This document shows positions 8,236 through 17,916 of a DNA stretch of 27,962 nt, piece by piece (position 1 is the stretch's first letter; each line of letters opens with the position of its first letter). Source of the stretch: a virus (Duplodnaviria; Heunggongvirae; Uroviricota; Caudoviricetes); the IMG/VR virus record IMGVR_UViG_2627853678_000006, positions 1 through 27,962 of that record. The stretch is one strand, 5' to 3'. The notes beneath the pieces were generated by a model. That model searched no databases. It was given only the letters and a program-made list of their open reading frames with translations, and was not told where the DNA came from. A program made the position numbers and the translations under genes.

Positions 8236-9294
8236 TTACGCTCCGGCTTCTGCTGCAGCGGCGCTGAAATCGCCAATCTGGATGTTTTCCACCAGTGCGG
8301 CGCAGCGGTAGTCCTCAACCACATAGGCTTCATTAACGGATTCAAAGTTTTCAATCCGGTCACGTTTCGGGTTGTCGATAACTGAGCGGCGGCGGGTGTC
8401 TTCCTGCCAGTAGATGGACAGGTTATCCAGACGGGTGATCAGCAGTGCATTCGGCGGGAAGAACGGCGCACGCACGGCCTGCAGGCCACCCATGCGTTTC
8501 TGACTGATGATCATATCGGCAGCCAGTTTTTCACTGTTTTCCTGCTCTTTGTTGACCAGCGGGAAATACTTGTCAGACAGCAGTTCACGACCGCAAATCA
8601 CCACCAGATCGTCATCGTCCTGGTAGACCACGTCGATAAGCTCATTGACGGCATCCATCACCACGGCGTCCAGGTTGGCATATTCGCCACCTTTCCCGAC
8701 TTTCACCGCACCCGGTGTGGTTTCACCGCCCGTGGTGGTGCTACCCATGACGTGATCCGGTGCATCTTCACGGATTTTCTGCAGCCAGCCTTTGTTCACA
8801 TCTTGCAACAGCGGGTTTTCGCTACGGTTGGAGGTTTTCGCACGCTTCACGCCGTTAAAGCCGATCATGATGCGGTCCAGTGCCTGACGTTTCACGATGG
8901 CGTCACGGATACGCACCTGGAAATCCTGAAACTTCGCCCACAGGTCCAGCTTCGCGTAGGTCAGTACCGTGTCAAAGTTGGTCTGCTCGCATTTGTATTC
9001 CACATCGACCATCAGCGTCGGATCGACAGGTTCACGCTCTTTCGCGGTGGTATCAGTGGTTCCGGCAATGGTGCTGCCAACTCCCAACCCCAGCAGCTGA
9101 CCGGACTGCTCAGTCACTGGCGCGACGTTAATCAGCGTCAGGAAAGCGGCGGACTGCTGGATCTGGTCTTCCAGCGTCTGCTGTACAGACGGCTCCACGG
9201 TGAACTTGCTGGACAGTTCTTCAACTGCCACACCGTTCAGACGCGCCAGCTGCTGCAGGTAAGCGTTAAAAGCAAAGCGGGTATTCTTCTTCAT
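8236..9294 (-). CDS. N: Major capsid protein N
   Basis: 352-aa ORF (P2 gpN about 357 aa) following scaffold gene O. Confidence 0.85.
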   Translation of the reverse strand: MKKNTRFAFNAYLQQLARLNGVAVEELSSKFTVEPSVQQTLEDQIQQSAAFLTLINVAPVTEQSGQLLGLGVGSTIAGTTDTTAKEREPVDPTLMVDVEYKCEQTNFDTVLTYAKLDLWAKFQDFQVRIRDAIVKRQALDRIMIGFNGVKRAKTSNRSENPLLQDVNKGWLQKIREDAPDHVMGSTTTGGETTPGAVKVGKGGEYANLDAVVMDAVNELIDVVYQDDDDLVVICGRELLSDKYFPLVNKEQENSEKLAADMIISQKRMGGLQAVRAPFFPPNALLITRLDNLSIYWQEDTRRRSVIDNPKRDRIENFESVNEAYVVEDYRCAALVENIQIGDFSAAAAEAGA

Positions 9295-9310
9295 CAGGTT
9301 TTGTGCTCCA

Positions 9311-10144
9311 TCAGCAATTGGTCAGAGTGTCAGCGGGGGCGTTGCCGCCTGTTGCACGCTGGCGGTAGTCCTGGCGCCTGTCTTCATGGCTCAGCTTGTC
9401 CACCAGTTCATTAAAGGCGGTCTGCTGTGCCTGCAGGGCAGTCTCCAGCTCAGACAGGCGTTCTTCCTGCTCAGACAGGGATTTTTCGGTGCGCGTACTC
9501 AGGTTCTGCTGCTCGGTAGCGACCAGTTCCACGGCCTTATGCACATCAGAGAACCGGGCATCATCGGACTGCTCTTTTTTGGTGAACAGCGCCGTGACAC
9601 GGGCAAACAGGGACGGTTTGTCATCCTGGATTTCTTCCAGTTCGATCACCGTTTCCTCTGCAGCGGTAAAGAGATTGGCAGGATTCTGCTTGCGGTTTGC
9701 CAGCGGGTTATGGGCTGCACTGGCGCTGAATGTCAGCATTTCCGTACCCAGACTGGCTGGATCATCAGTGGCAGCCAGGCCGACCAGGTAGGCTTTGCCC
9801 GTATCAGCAAACTTCGGGCTGACTTCCATAGAGGTGAATAATTTCTGGCCTTTTTTCACCAGTTCCACCAGGGACTCCGTTGGCTCAACGTCGGCATACA
9901 ATGCCATCTTGCCTGCCAGCGAACCTTCCGTAATTTCTTCAGCAAACAGCGCCGTCACCTTGCCGTAGCGGTTAAAGGTGCTGTCCGGCAGATAAGACTT
10001 GATGTGCTCAAGGTTAATCAGCGCGGTATACACCGCCGGGTTGTAGCTGGCTGCCATCTGTTCCAGCCATTCACGCTGGATTTCGCGTCCATCGGTGGTG
10101 GCACCTTCCACCCCGATGCGAAAACGCTTTGCTTTCACTGTCAT
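9311..10144 (-). CDS. O: Capsid scaffolding protein O
   Basis: 277-aa ORF with acidic coiled-coil C-terminus; divergent from terminase P as in P2. Confidence 0.85.
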   Translation of the reverse strand: MTVKAKRFRIGVEGATTDGREIQREWLEQMAASYNPAVYTALINLEHIKSYLPDSTFNRYGKVTALFAEEITEGSLAGKMALYADVEPTESLVELVKKGQKLFTSMEVSPKFADTGKAYLVGLAATDDPASLGTEMLTFSASAAHNPLANRKQNPANLFTAAEETVIELEEIQDDKPSLFARVTALFTKKEQSDDARFSDVHKAVELVATEQQNLSTRTEKSLSEQEERLSELETALQAQQTAFNELVDKLSHEDRRQDYRQRATGGNAPADTLTNC

Positions 10145-10222
10145 GAGCCGTGCTCCGTTAGAAAAAACTTACTGGAGCCTTATGGTTGCGGTGATGGGGG
10201 CAGTGAAACAATGCGCGGTATT

Positions 10223-10240
10223 TGTACCGACAACCACACA
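10223..10240. promoter_or_regulatory. TGT-N12-ACA dyad in the O/P divergent region, candidate late-promoter activator site
   Basis: tgt accgacaaccac aca read directly, between the O start (10144) and P start (10287). Confidence 0.35.
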
Positions 10241-10286
10241 AACCGCAGGCGGGGAAAGCCTTCATTCAAGGCTGTAGGTTTGTGCC

Positions 10287-12051
10287 ATGAACACCACACT
10301 GACACCCGCAGATCTCGATCCCCGTCGGCAGGCCATGCTGCTGTACTTTCAGGGATACCGCGTCGCCCGCATTGCTGAAATGCTGGGCGAGAAAGTTGCA
10401 ACCGTTCATAGCTGGAAAAAACGCGACAAGTGGGGTGACTATGGGCCGCTGGATCAGATGCAGCTCACCACCGCCGCACGCTACTGCCAGCTCATTATGA
10501 AGGAGCACAAAGAAGGGAAAGATTTCAAAGAGATTGACCTGCTGGCGCGCCAGTCGGAGCGCCACGCGCGCATCGGCAAGTTTAACAATGGCGGCAACGA
10601 AGCCGACTTAAACCCTAACGTCGCCAACCGCAACAAAGGCCCGCGCCGTCAGCCGGAAAAGAATGTTTTCACCGATGAACAGATTGAGAAGCTGGAAGAA
10701 ATCTTCCATTCCTCCATGTTCAACTACCAGCGCCACTGGTGGGAAGCCGGAAAAACCAACCGCATCCGCAACCTGCTGAAATCACGCCAGATCGGCGCGA
10801 CCTTTTACTTTGCCCGTGAAGCCCTGATTGACGCTCTGCTTACCGGACGTAACCAGATTTTCCTTTCCGCCAGTAAGGCACAGGCCCACGTCTTTAAGCA
10901 GTACATCATCGACTTCGCCAAAGAAGTCGAGGTGGAGCTGAAAGGCGATCCGATGGTGCTTCCTAACGGGGCCACGCTTTACTTCCTCGGCACCAATGCC
11001 CGCACGGCCCAGAGTTACCACGGCAACCTGTATCTGGATGAATATTTCTGGATACCGAAATTCCAGGAGCTGCGCAAAGTGGCTTCCGGTATGGCTATTC
11101 ACAAAAAATGGCGACAAACCTATTTTTCCACGCCATCCAGTCTGACACACAGTGCTTATCCGTTCTGGTCCGGTGCGCTGTTCAACCGTGGGCGCAACAA
11201 AGCCGATAAGGTGGACATCGACCTGTCCCACAGAAATCTGGCCCCCGGCCTGCTGTGCGCAGACGGGCAATACCGCCAGATAGTCACCGTGGAAGATGCG
11301 GTGCGCGGCGGCTGTAACCTGTTCGACCTTGACCAGTTGCGCATGGAGTACAGCCCGGACGAATACCAGAACCTGCTGATGTGCGAGTTTGTGGACGATC
11401 TCGCGTCCGTGTTCCCTCTCAGCGAGCTGCAGGCGTGCATGGTAGACAGCTGGGAAATCTGGACCGACTTTCATGCACTGGCGCTGCGCCCGTTTGGCTG
11501 GCGCGAAGTGTGGATCGGTTATGACCCGGCAAAAGGTACGCAAAACGGCGACAGCGCCGGATGCGTGGTGGTGGCACCGCCAGCCGTGCCGGGTGGTAAG
11601 TTCCGCATTCTTGAGCGTCACCAGTGGCGCGGGATGGACTTCCGCGCCCAGCTGACGCCATCAAAAAACTTACCGAGCAGTACAACGTGACTTATATCGG
11701 TATCGACTCAACCGGCGTTGGTCACGGGGTTTACGAGAACGTGAAAGCGTTCTTTCCTGCCGTCAGGGAGTTTGTCTACAACCCCAACGTTAAAAACGCC
11801 TGGTACTCAAGGCCTACGACATTATCAGCCACCGCCGTCTGGAGTTTGACGCCGGGCACACCGACATTGCGCAGTCATTTATGGCAATCCGTCGCGCAAC
11901 CACCGCCAGTGGCAACCGCCCAACCTATGAAGCCAGCCGCAGCGAAGAAGCCAGCCACGCCGATCTGGCCTGGGCAACGATGCACGCACTGTTTAACGAA
12001 CCGCTGCAGGGCGAGTCCGCCAATACCAGCAATATTGTGGAGATTTTTTGA
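10287..12051 (+). pseudogene. P: Terminase large subunit (ATPase) P, interrupted as sequenced by two -1 frameshifts
   Basis: Frame 1 (10287..~11650) ends ...RILERHQWRGMDFRAQ. Frame 2 continues ADAIKKLTEQYNVTYIGIDSTGVGHGVYENVKAFFPAVREFVYNPNVK (ORF 11624..). Frame 3 continues RLVLKAYDIISHRRLEFDAGHTDIAQSFMAIRR...NEPLQGESANTSNIVEIF to the stop at 12049-12051. Junctions near 11648-11652 and 11796-11798 each lack one base. Restored length is about 588 aa (P2 gpP about 590). Confidence 0.85.
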
Positions 12052-13079
12052 TGGGAAAGAGTAAGAAAAACCGCACTGCGGCGACGAATCAGATCCAGCA
12101 TAAAAACCAGACTACAGCCGAAGCATTCAGCTTCGGCGATCCCGTTCCTATTCTGGACCGCCGAGAATTACTGGACTATGTGGAATGCGTACAGATGGAC
12201 CGTTGGTATGAGCCGCCCGTCAGCTTTGACGGACTGGCGCGCACCTTCCGCGCTGCCGTGCATCACAGTTCCCCGATTGCAGTAAAGTGCAACATTCTGA
12301 CCAGTACCTATATCCCTCATCCTCTGCTCAGCCAGCAAGCTTTTTCGCGTTTTGTGCAGGACTATCTGGTATTTGGCAACGCCTATCTGGAGAAACGCAC
12401 GAACCGCTTCGGTGAAGTGATCGCCCTTGAACCTGCGCTGGCAAAATACACCCGACGCGGATTAGACCTGGATACCTACTGGTTTGTGCAATACGGTATG
12501 ACAACCCAGCCGTATCAGTTCACGAAAGGCAGCATTTTTCATCTGATGGAACCGGATATTAATCAGGAGATCTACGGCCTGCCCGGTTATCTTTCTGCCA
12601 TTCCGTCAGCCCTGCTCAACGAGTCCGCCACGCTGTTCCGTCGCAAGTATTACATTAACGGCAGTCATGCGGGCTTTATCATGTACATGACCGATGCCGC
12701 GCAAAACCAGGAGGATGTGAACAACCTCCGCAATGCGATGAAAAGCGCCAAAGGGCCGGGCAACTTCCGCAACCTGTTTATGTACTCACCTAACGGCAAA
12801 AAGGACGGGCTTCAGATTATCCCGTTATCAGAAGTCGCAGCGAAGGATGAGTTTCTGAATATCAAAAATGTTAGTCGCGATGACATGATGGCGGCACACC
12901 GCGTTCCACCGCAAATGATGGGGATTATGCCTAATAATGTCGGGGGATTTGGGGATGTGGAGAAGGCTAGTAAGGTTTTTGTGATAAATGAATTAATTCC
13001 TTTGCAAAAACGATTTAGAGAAATTAATGCATGGCTCGGGGAAAAACTTATAGAATTTTCTCCATATGAGCTTAACTAA
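12048..13079 (+). CDS. Q: Portal protein Q
   Basis: 343-aa ORF (P2 gpQ about 344 aa) overlapping the terminase stop (ATGA). Confidence 0.85.
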   Translation: MMGKSKKNRTAATNQIQHKNQTTAEAFSFGDPVPILDRRELLDYVECVQMDRWYEPPVSFDGLARTFRAAVHHSSPIAVKCNILTSTYIPHPLLSQQAFSRFVQDYLVFGNAYLEKRTNRFGEVIALEPALAKYTRRGLDLDTYWFVQYGMTTQPYQFTKGSIFHLMEPDINQEIYGLPGYLSAIPSALLNESATLFRRKYYINGSHAGFIMYMTDAAQNQEDVNNLRNAMKSAKGPGNFRNLFMYSPNGKKDGLQIIPLSEVAAKDEFLNIKNVSRDDMMAAHRVPPQMMGIMPNNVGGFGDVEKASKVFVINELIPLQKRFREINAWLGEKLIEFSPYELN

Positions 13080-13086
13080 AATATTA

Positions 13087-13118
13087 GTTGCCAGTACCGT
13101 ATTGTTGCTACTGGCAAT
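13087..13118. terminator. Inverted repeat between convergent Q and the RloC-like gene, possible bidirectional terminator
   Basis: ttgccagta ... tactggcaa (9-bp arms) in the 49-bp gap between the two stop codons, followed by A/T-rich sequence. The loop is long, so weak. Confidence 0.25.
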
Positions 13119-13128
13119 TGTAATAAAA

Positions 13129-15465
13129 TTACAAATATGTGTTGCTATGTAGAGATGTGTTTATTCCATCTTTTATCTCAATTTTTGACGAAGCATACTC
13201 ATCATTCGCACTATCATCTATATCAAACTCATCTTGTAGATGAAGTGACTCATTTAACGGTTTATAAAACTCACCCATCATCATTTTGTAATGGGCAGTA
13301 TGCTCACTACATTCAAATATCTTCTGAAAAACAATTAAATATTTTTGCACAGACTCCGTATCTAAATTCATATAAAGATCATCACCTGCAAAATGGGAAC
13401 CATCATTAATCCATGACACTAAAGATTTAAATATGATTTTTTCATCACCATAAAAATGACACTCAAGCTTCCTAATATCCATCCCACCTAATATCTTAAA
13501 GTAATTCTCCAAAATCCTTCGCATTGTATTTTGTATAGTATTATTATTAATGTCTGTTCTTCTCAATTCGCACCAGAGCAAATCATAAGACGTTTTTATT
13601 GGGTTTGATTCGCACTTTTCAAGATATGAAACCTTCCCTTTTTTCCTTACAATCCAAAAAGTCTCCTCTTTCATTGCTTGATTACCGGATCTTTTGGTAT
13701 TAAAAGTCAACTCTTTATGAAAATAAATATTATGAGTAAGGAATATAATTTGCTTAATATTTCCTTCATCCTTACGAACATCCTCCATTAAATCTTTAAT
13801 CAACGAACTTACAATAAACAGAATATCACTATCTAAACTTGAAATTGGATCATCAAATACTACAACACGATCATCTAAAACACCTGATGCATTATCACTC
13901 CCTCTAACAAGGCTATAAAAGTACAAAAAAGTGATAAATGTCTTTTCTCCCTCACTAAGGGTTGTACGAGCATTATCTCCACTATCTCTTACTATCATAT
14001 AATGCTTTTTATCTTCGGAGGGTTTTAAGTAAAAATTTTTGAAGCCATAAGAGTCCAGAATCTTGTTAATTTTTGTAATAGTTGGAAGAGTACTGGTTTT
14101 ATTAGACTCAATTGCCTCAATAGCCGAAGTATTTAACATTAACTTCTTTTTGTCTTCTTCTATCCCAGATTTAAGTCCTTGTAACGTCCTATTAAATTTA
14201 TCAGATTTGCTACGGTAAGAAGTTATTTCAGACTTTAACTCCACCTTTACGATATATGCCCATATCTGCTTAGAAAGATTACTAGCCTCTACCTTTCTAT
14301 TACTATATATTTTGTTATTATTATCTATCAATAGATTTGAATCATTCAAAAAAGAAATAAAATCATCAACAACTTCACTTAAGTCACTAAAATGAACTGA
14401 TTCACTTAAAAAATTGCGTTTATTTTTTGCCAATTCAAAATTCTTGTTTAATTCAGATAATACTATCTTAGCCTTATCCTCAAACACTTCATAATTTATG
14501 AATGGAGATTTAATCGCCCTTATATCATCTATCGCCTTCAAGATATTATTAAGTTGATATTCATATTGTAAAACCAATGCATCGATTTCTCTTTTTTTTA
14601 ACTCATATGTTTTATCAAAATATGATGAAAGATTATCAAATATATTATCATTTACATCCTGCTGGCAGAATGGGCACTTGGGATTAGATTTGCTGAAATA
14701 TGTTAAACCCTCCTTAACCCAATCACTGTTATTGAGCATTGTAATTAAGTCTGAAACACTAACGTCTTTTTTCCCTAGAATACGCTCACTCCAAATTTCC
14801 CTACTTAAAATATCATCTATCCCATTGAAGGATGGAATTGTAATTGATACATGTGATGTCAATTCAGTAGAAAAAACAATTTTTGCTTTCTCAATTAACT
14901 CTGCTATTGAGCAAACTTCTGATGTATTATTTTCATACTCAGCCAACACTCTGGCTTTAAATTTTTCACTACTATTCCTTAATCCCTCAAAAGCCTTTGA
15001 GAACACATTGTCATGTTTTACTTTTTGCTTCCAACATGAATCTTTAAAAGATTTTTCATGGTCTTCGATTTTTTTAATAACGCCTAATTCATTATCACCA
15101 CCATCTATTAACTTTCCCTTTGCTATAATAGATTCCATTAGCTTATTTTTTTCTTCTTTAAGAGATATTAGTTTCTCTTCATCCTCCTTAAGATCGCTAC
15201 CAAGGGTAAATACACCTTTAATTTTATCTTGACTAAAATTTCTTTCAACAAAATCTTTATTATATACGTAGCTTATTAAAGATATATTATTTTTCCATTT
15301 AATCGGACATGTTGGATATTGTTCAGGGTCATTAATAATTTTACTTATAGTTGTTTTACCTGCACCATTAGCTCCATATAAATAGTTAAATTTAGAAAGT
15401 CCATGTAAAAGCTGCGTAGGGCCATTATATGAGCCTACCTTGTCAATAACTACCTCTTCAATCAT
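13129..15465 (-). CDS. RloC/PrrC-like anticodon-nuclease-type protein: ABC ATPase with coiled-coil zinc hook and C-terminal nuclease-like domain (function inferred)
   Basis: 778-aa AT-rich ORF with GAGG Shine-Dalgarno. Walker A GANGAGKTT at the N-terminus, CPFC zinc-hook motif in a long Lys/Glu-rich predicted coiled coil, LSEGEK signature, Walker B VVVFDDPISSLD, H-loop FLTHN, then about 200 aa containing R-x3-E (RRILENYF) and downstream His residues reminiscent of the PrrC catalytic triad. Confidence 0.55.
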   Translation of the reverse strand: MIEEVVIDKVGSYNGPTQLLHGLSKFNYLYGANGAGKTTISKIINDPEQYPTCPIKWKNNISLISYVYNKDFVERNFSQDKIKGVFTLGSDLKEDEEKLISLKEEKNKLMESIIAKGKLIDGGDNELGVIKKIEDHEKSFKDSCWKQKVKHDNVFSKAFEGLRNSSEKFKARVLAEYENNTSEVCSIAELIEKAKIVFSTELTSHVSITIPSFNGIDDILSREIWSERILGKKDVSVSDLITMLNNSDWVKEGLTYFSKSNPKCPFCQQDVNDNIFDNLSSYFDKTYELKKREIDALVLQYEYQLNNILKAIDDIRAIKSPFINYEVFEDKAKIVLSELNKNFELAKNKRNFLSESVHFSDLSEVVDDFISFLNDSNLLIDNNNKIYSNRKVEASNLSKQIWAYIVKVELKSEITSYRSKSDKFNRTLQGLKSGIEEDKKKLMLNTSAIEAIESNKTSTLPTITKINKILDSYGFKNFYLKPSEDKKHYMIVRDSGDNARTTLSEGEKTFITFLYFYSLVRGSDNASGVLDDRVVVFDDPISSLDSDILFIVSSLIKDLMEDVRKDEGNIKQIIFLTHNIYFHKELTFNTKRSGNQAMKEETFWIVRKKGKVSYLEKCESNPIKTSYDLLWCELRRTDINNNTIQNTMRRILENYFKILGGMDIRKLECHFYGDEKIIFKSLVSWINDGSHFAGDDLYMNLDTESVQKYLIVFQKIFECSEHTAHYKMMMGEFYKPLNESLHLQDEFDIDDSANDEYASSKIEIKDGINTSLHSNTYL

Positions 15466-15597
15466 CCTCTAATCCTCAAAAAACAGATTAATCCTATCAA
15501 ATCAATGATAATAGAAGACATTACTTACCTAATTACAAGGTGATCATTTATACAGCTGTAAATAAATCAGGCTAATCATCTATTTGTCATAACGCGC

Positions 15598-15626
15598 GCT
15601 CGTATCCCCGCCACGCCTGCCCGCTT
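15598..15626. other. Putative cos (cohesive end) site
   Basis: Reverse complement of 15601-15625 reads agcgggcaggcGTGGCGGGGAtacg, resembling the G-rich P2/186 cohesive-end sequence as I recall it (GGCGxGGCGGGGAAAGCA). Located between Q and gene A as expected. Confidence 0.4.
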
Positions 15627-15705
15627 TGTGTAGTGGTTTTCATGCACCTGCATGACATAAGTAAAAGCCCGCCAGAACTGGCGGGACTGAGCAAAAACGA
15701 TCCTT

Positions 15706-15735
15706 TTGCGATCATTCATTTTCATGCGCTATAGT
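15706..15735 (+). promoter_or_regulatory. Candidate sigma70 promoter for the three-gene operon
   Basis: TTGCGA (15706-15711), 18-bp spacer, TATAGT (15730-15735); about 100 bp upstream of an AGGAG Shine-Dalgarno and ATG at 15836. Confidence 0.35.
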
Positions 15736-15835
15736 CATGCAACAAACGCATACGAACCATATGGTTAGATTACTCATCAAGTCAGATGGATTTTCAGGCA
15801 GATTGCCACAGCAATTGTAAAGGAGCGAGATTGAA

Positions 15836-16837
15836 ATGGGTGGAGAGACTTCGGCTATACAACGAGTCGCGGGTAAGATTTCTGATGATATTTTCTCAGT
15901 GTTCAAATGGGATCGTGCCGCTAGAGCGGACATGAATTGGGATTGTTGCCAAGAGGCTCATTCCAAGAAAACACATCCAAGCGATGTTGTATTTTTCTAC
16001 ATAGATCCATATGAGGAGGAAATGGTCTATCTCAACACAGACCTCAAAAGCTATGCAGAAGGTACTATTGGGAAAAAAATAGTCGAGGGAGCTTTAACAT
16101 CGCTTGCTTTAGCTACCGAATGTGCAAATGTCAGTGAAGAATGGCGATTGAAATATGTTCATGATGATTCTTTAGGTTATAACGTAAGAGGGTTATTATT
16201 CTTATATAACCATGATAATTTATATGATAAAGACTTCTATGAGAATATTACAAAAAAATTAGATCACTCATCTATAAATTGCCCTCCAAACATCAAACTA
16301 CATTTGCTTGACCCTTATAAAATATCAGATTTGATAAACATATCTTCTGACATAACTAAGTTAATTGGTTCAGGAAAACTTCCTCAACCTGATAAGTTCA
16401 CATATTATTATCCAGATCTTTCCCTAACAAGAATAAAGCACCCTATTAATCAGACAACACCTGCAACAATTGAATTATTAACATCACCATACATTATAAT
16501 AAAGCATGAGGCTTTCAGTTGGCTCAGGGATAAAAACCCTGAGGGATATGTTGTTTATTACAATCAACCGGGGGATTCAGTAGACGAATTCGTTTACTTC
16601 TTTGATATGTTATCAACTTATCAGATATTAACCGAAGGTAAACCAATCGTATTACGCCATTGTCACATTCACCCAAATGAAAATGCCATTCATCATTTTG
16701 AAAGAGCGAAAAAGAAATACAGCACAGACTGGCTCTTAGGCGAGGATGAAAGACTTTTTCTTAAAATTGACTTCGACAAGACAGACAAAATTGTTGTTGA
16801 ATATAATCTTGAACAAATCGGCATGGAGCAACGATAA
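15836..16837 (+). CDS. Hypothetical protein, first gene of three-gene operon; possible PD-(D/E)xK-like motif
   Basis: 333-aa AT-rich ORF with AGGAG Shine-Dalgarno. Contains VVFFYID-x11-TDLK and a His-rich stretch RHCHIHPNENAIHH. Stop overlaps the next start (TAATG). Confidence 0.75.
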   Translation: MGGETSAIQRVAGKISDDIFSVFKWDRAARADMNWDCCQEAHSKKTHPSDVVFFYIDPYEEEMVYLNTDLKSYAEGTIGKKIVEGALTSLALATECANVSEEWRLKYVHDDSLGYNVRGLLFLYNHDNLYDKDFYENITKKLDHSSINCPPNIKLHLLDPYKISDLINISSDITKLIGSGKLPQPDKFTYYYPDLSLTRIKHPINQTTPATIELLTSPYIIIKHEAFSWLRDKNPEGYVVYYNQPGDSVDEFVYFFDMLSTYQILTEGKPIVLRHCHIHPNENAIHHFERAKKKYSTDWLLGEDERLFLKIDFDKTDKIVVEYNLEQIGMEQR

Positions 16838-17916
16838 TGGCTAAAAAACTATATTTCGCAACTGATAAAAATATTTATGATGCATTACATCATAAAAGGA
16901 TAACCGCTGCAAAGTTGCATGAATTATTGTTGAATCGAGGTGTGTTTTTATCACCAGAACTCGACAAGGAAATACTAATCGAGGAAATATCCAAACTTCC
17001 TCACGGATTTAATGAATTAGAACACATAAAAAAACTGGTCAAAACATATGACCCAAGGGAAAGCACTACTAGTGTGAGCTTCCAAACCTCAACAAATCAG
17101 GCCGAATTAAAAAGTGCTGCTGAAGCACTAAAAAAAACATGCTCCCCTAGTAAAGGTCAAAGCCTGAATATTGTAGCTAAAAAAGATGGCTCGCTTACAG
17201 TAGAATACAAATATGAAGAAATAGACCTGTCTAAAACTGCATTACGTCAGATCGACAAGCGGAATGTTATAATAGAACTTCGCCCTGGAGCTGACAAAGT
17301 TGAAGTACGTATGCCTCAAAACCCCGAGGCAAAAAAAGTTATTGAGAGCTTGCAAAACGAGCTATCTAAAATCAAGTCCGAACCTATCGAGCGCTTCGAA
17401 ATATCATTACTAGCAATAACTGATCCTACATTGCGAAGTCAGTTTTTTCAGGAATTAATGAATGGTCTACGCGGTTATGAGACTGATGACGTAACAAAAG
17501 TCGAATTAAATCGCAGTACTGATGCTAGTGAGGATGAAGACAAGGAAGAAACTATTGATACCGGATTTGTTAAGAAAGCCGTCCTTAATGGTGAAGGGGT
17601 AAATAGTTCAGCTATATTTTCTCAACTACATGAGAAAGGTTATTATATCGGGCGTATTGCATGGTCTTCAAAGCCGACAAGTGGAATTGGAGACAGAATC
17701 AACGTCGAAGCATTTTTCAAAGACTCAGAAAAATGCTGTGACTTTGCCTATCAAATTAAAGGTATAAACAATCAAAAAGAAGACGGTTTCAATGTAACCA
17801 TTCGCGCGGCAACAGCACAAGAGAAAAAACATATTAGTGAATTAATTGAGTCCGCCGCTGAAAATGCCTATAATATAATAATAGGATCAGAGGTGAACGA
17901 AGATGAAAAAGGTTAA
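16837..17916 (+). CDS. Hypothetical protein, second gene of three-gene operon
   Basis: 359-aa ORF, translationally coupled on both sides; acidic central linker (STDASEDEDKEE). No motif I can name. Confidence 0.75.
   Translation: MAKKLYFATDKNIYDALHHKRITAAKLHELLLNRGVFLSPELDKEILIEEISKLPHGFNELEHIKKLVKTYDPRESTTSVSFQTSTNQAELKSAAEALKKTCSPSKGQSLNIVAKKDGSLTVEYKYEEIDLSKTALRQIDKRNVIIELRPGADKVEVRMPQNPEAKKVIESLQNELSKIKSEPIERFEISLLAITDPTLRSQFFQELMNGLRGYETDDVTKVELNRSTDASEDEDKEETIDTGFVKKAVLNGEGVNSSAIFSQLHEKGYYIGRIAWSSKPTSGIGDRINVEAFFKDSEKCCDFAYQIKGINNQKEDGFNVTIRAATAQEKKHISELIESAAENAYNIIIGSEVNEDEKG

Noticed and set aside
8752-9414. 220-aa plus-strand ORF
   Set aside because: Antisense to capsid gene N; no independent signals.
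10782-11621. 279-aa minus-strand ORF
   Set aside because: Lies entirely inside terminase P on the opposite strand.
2195-11805. Attributing all five frameshifts to Dcm-site (CCWGG) basecalling errors
   Set aside because: Only the terminase junctions are at or beside a CCWGG-compatible context; the J and endolysin junctions are plain short G/C runs, so a single motif does not explain all sites.
14678-15232. 184-aa plus-strand ORF
   Set aside because: Antisense to the RloC-like gene; low-complexity Ser/Leu/Ile-rich translation of an AT-rich antisense frame.
15669-15690. GC hairpin next to cos as a rho-independent terminator
   Set aside because: No convincing T-run on either strand and no upstream gene whose transcript it would end; more likely part of the cos/packaging region.
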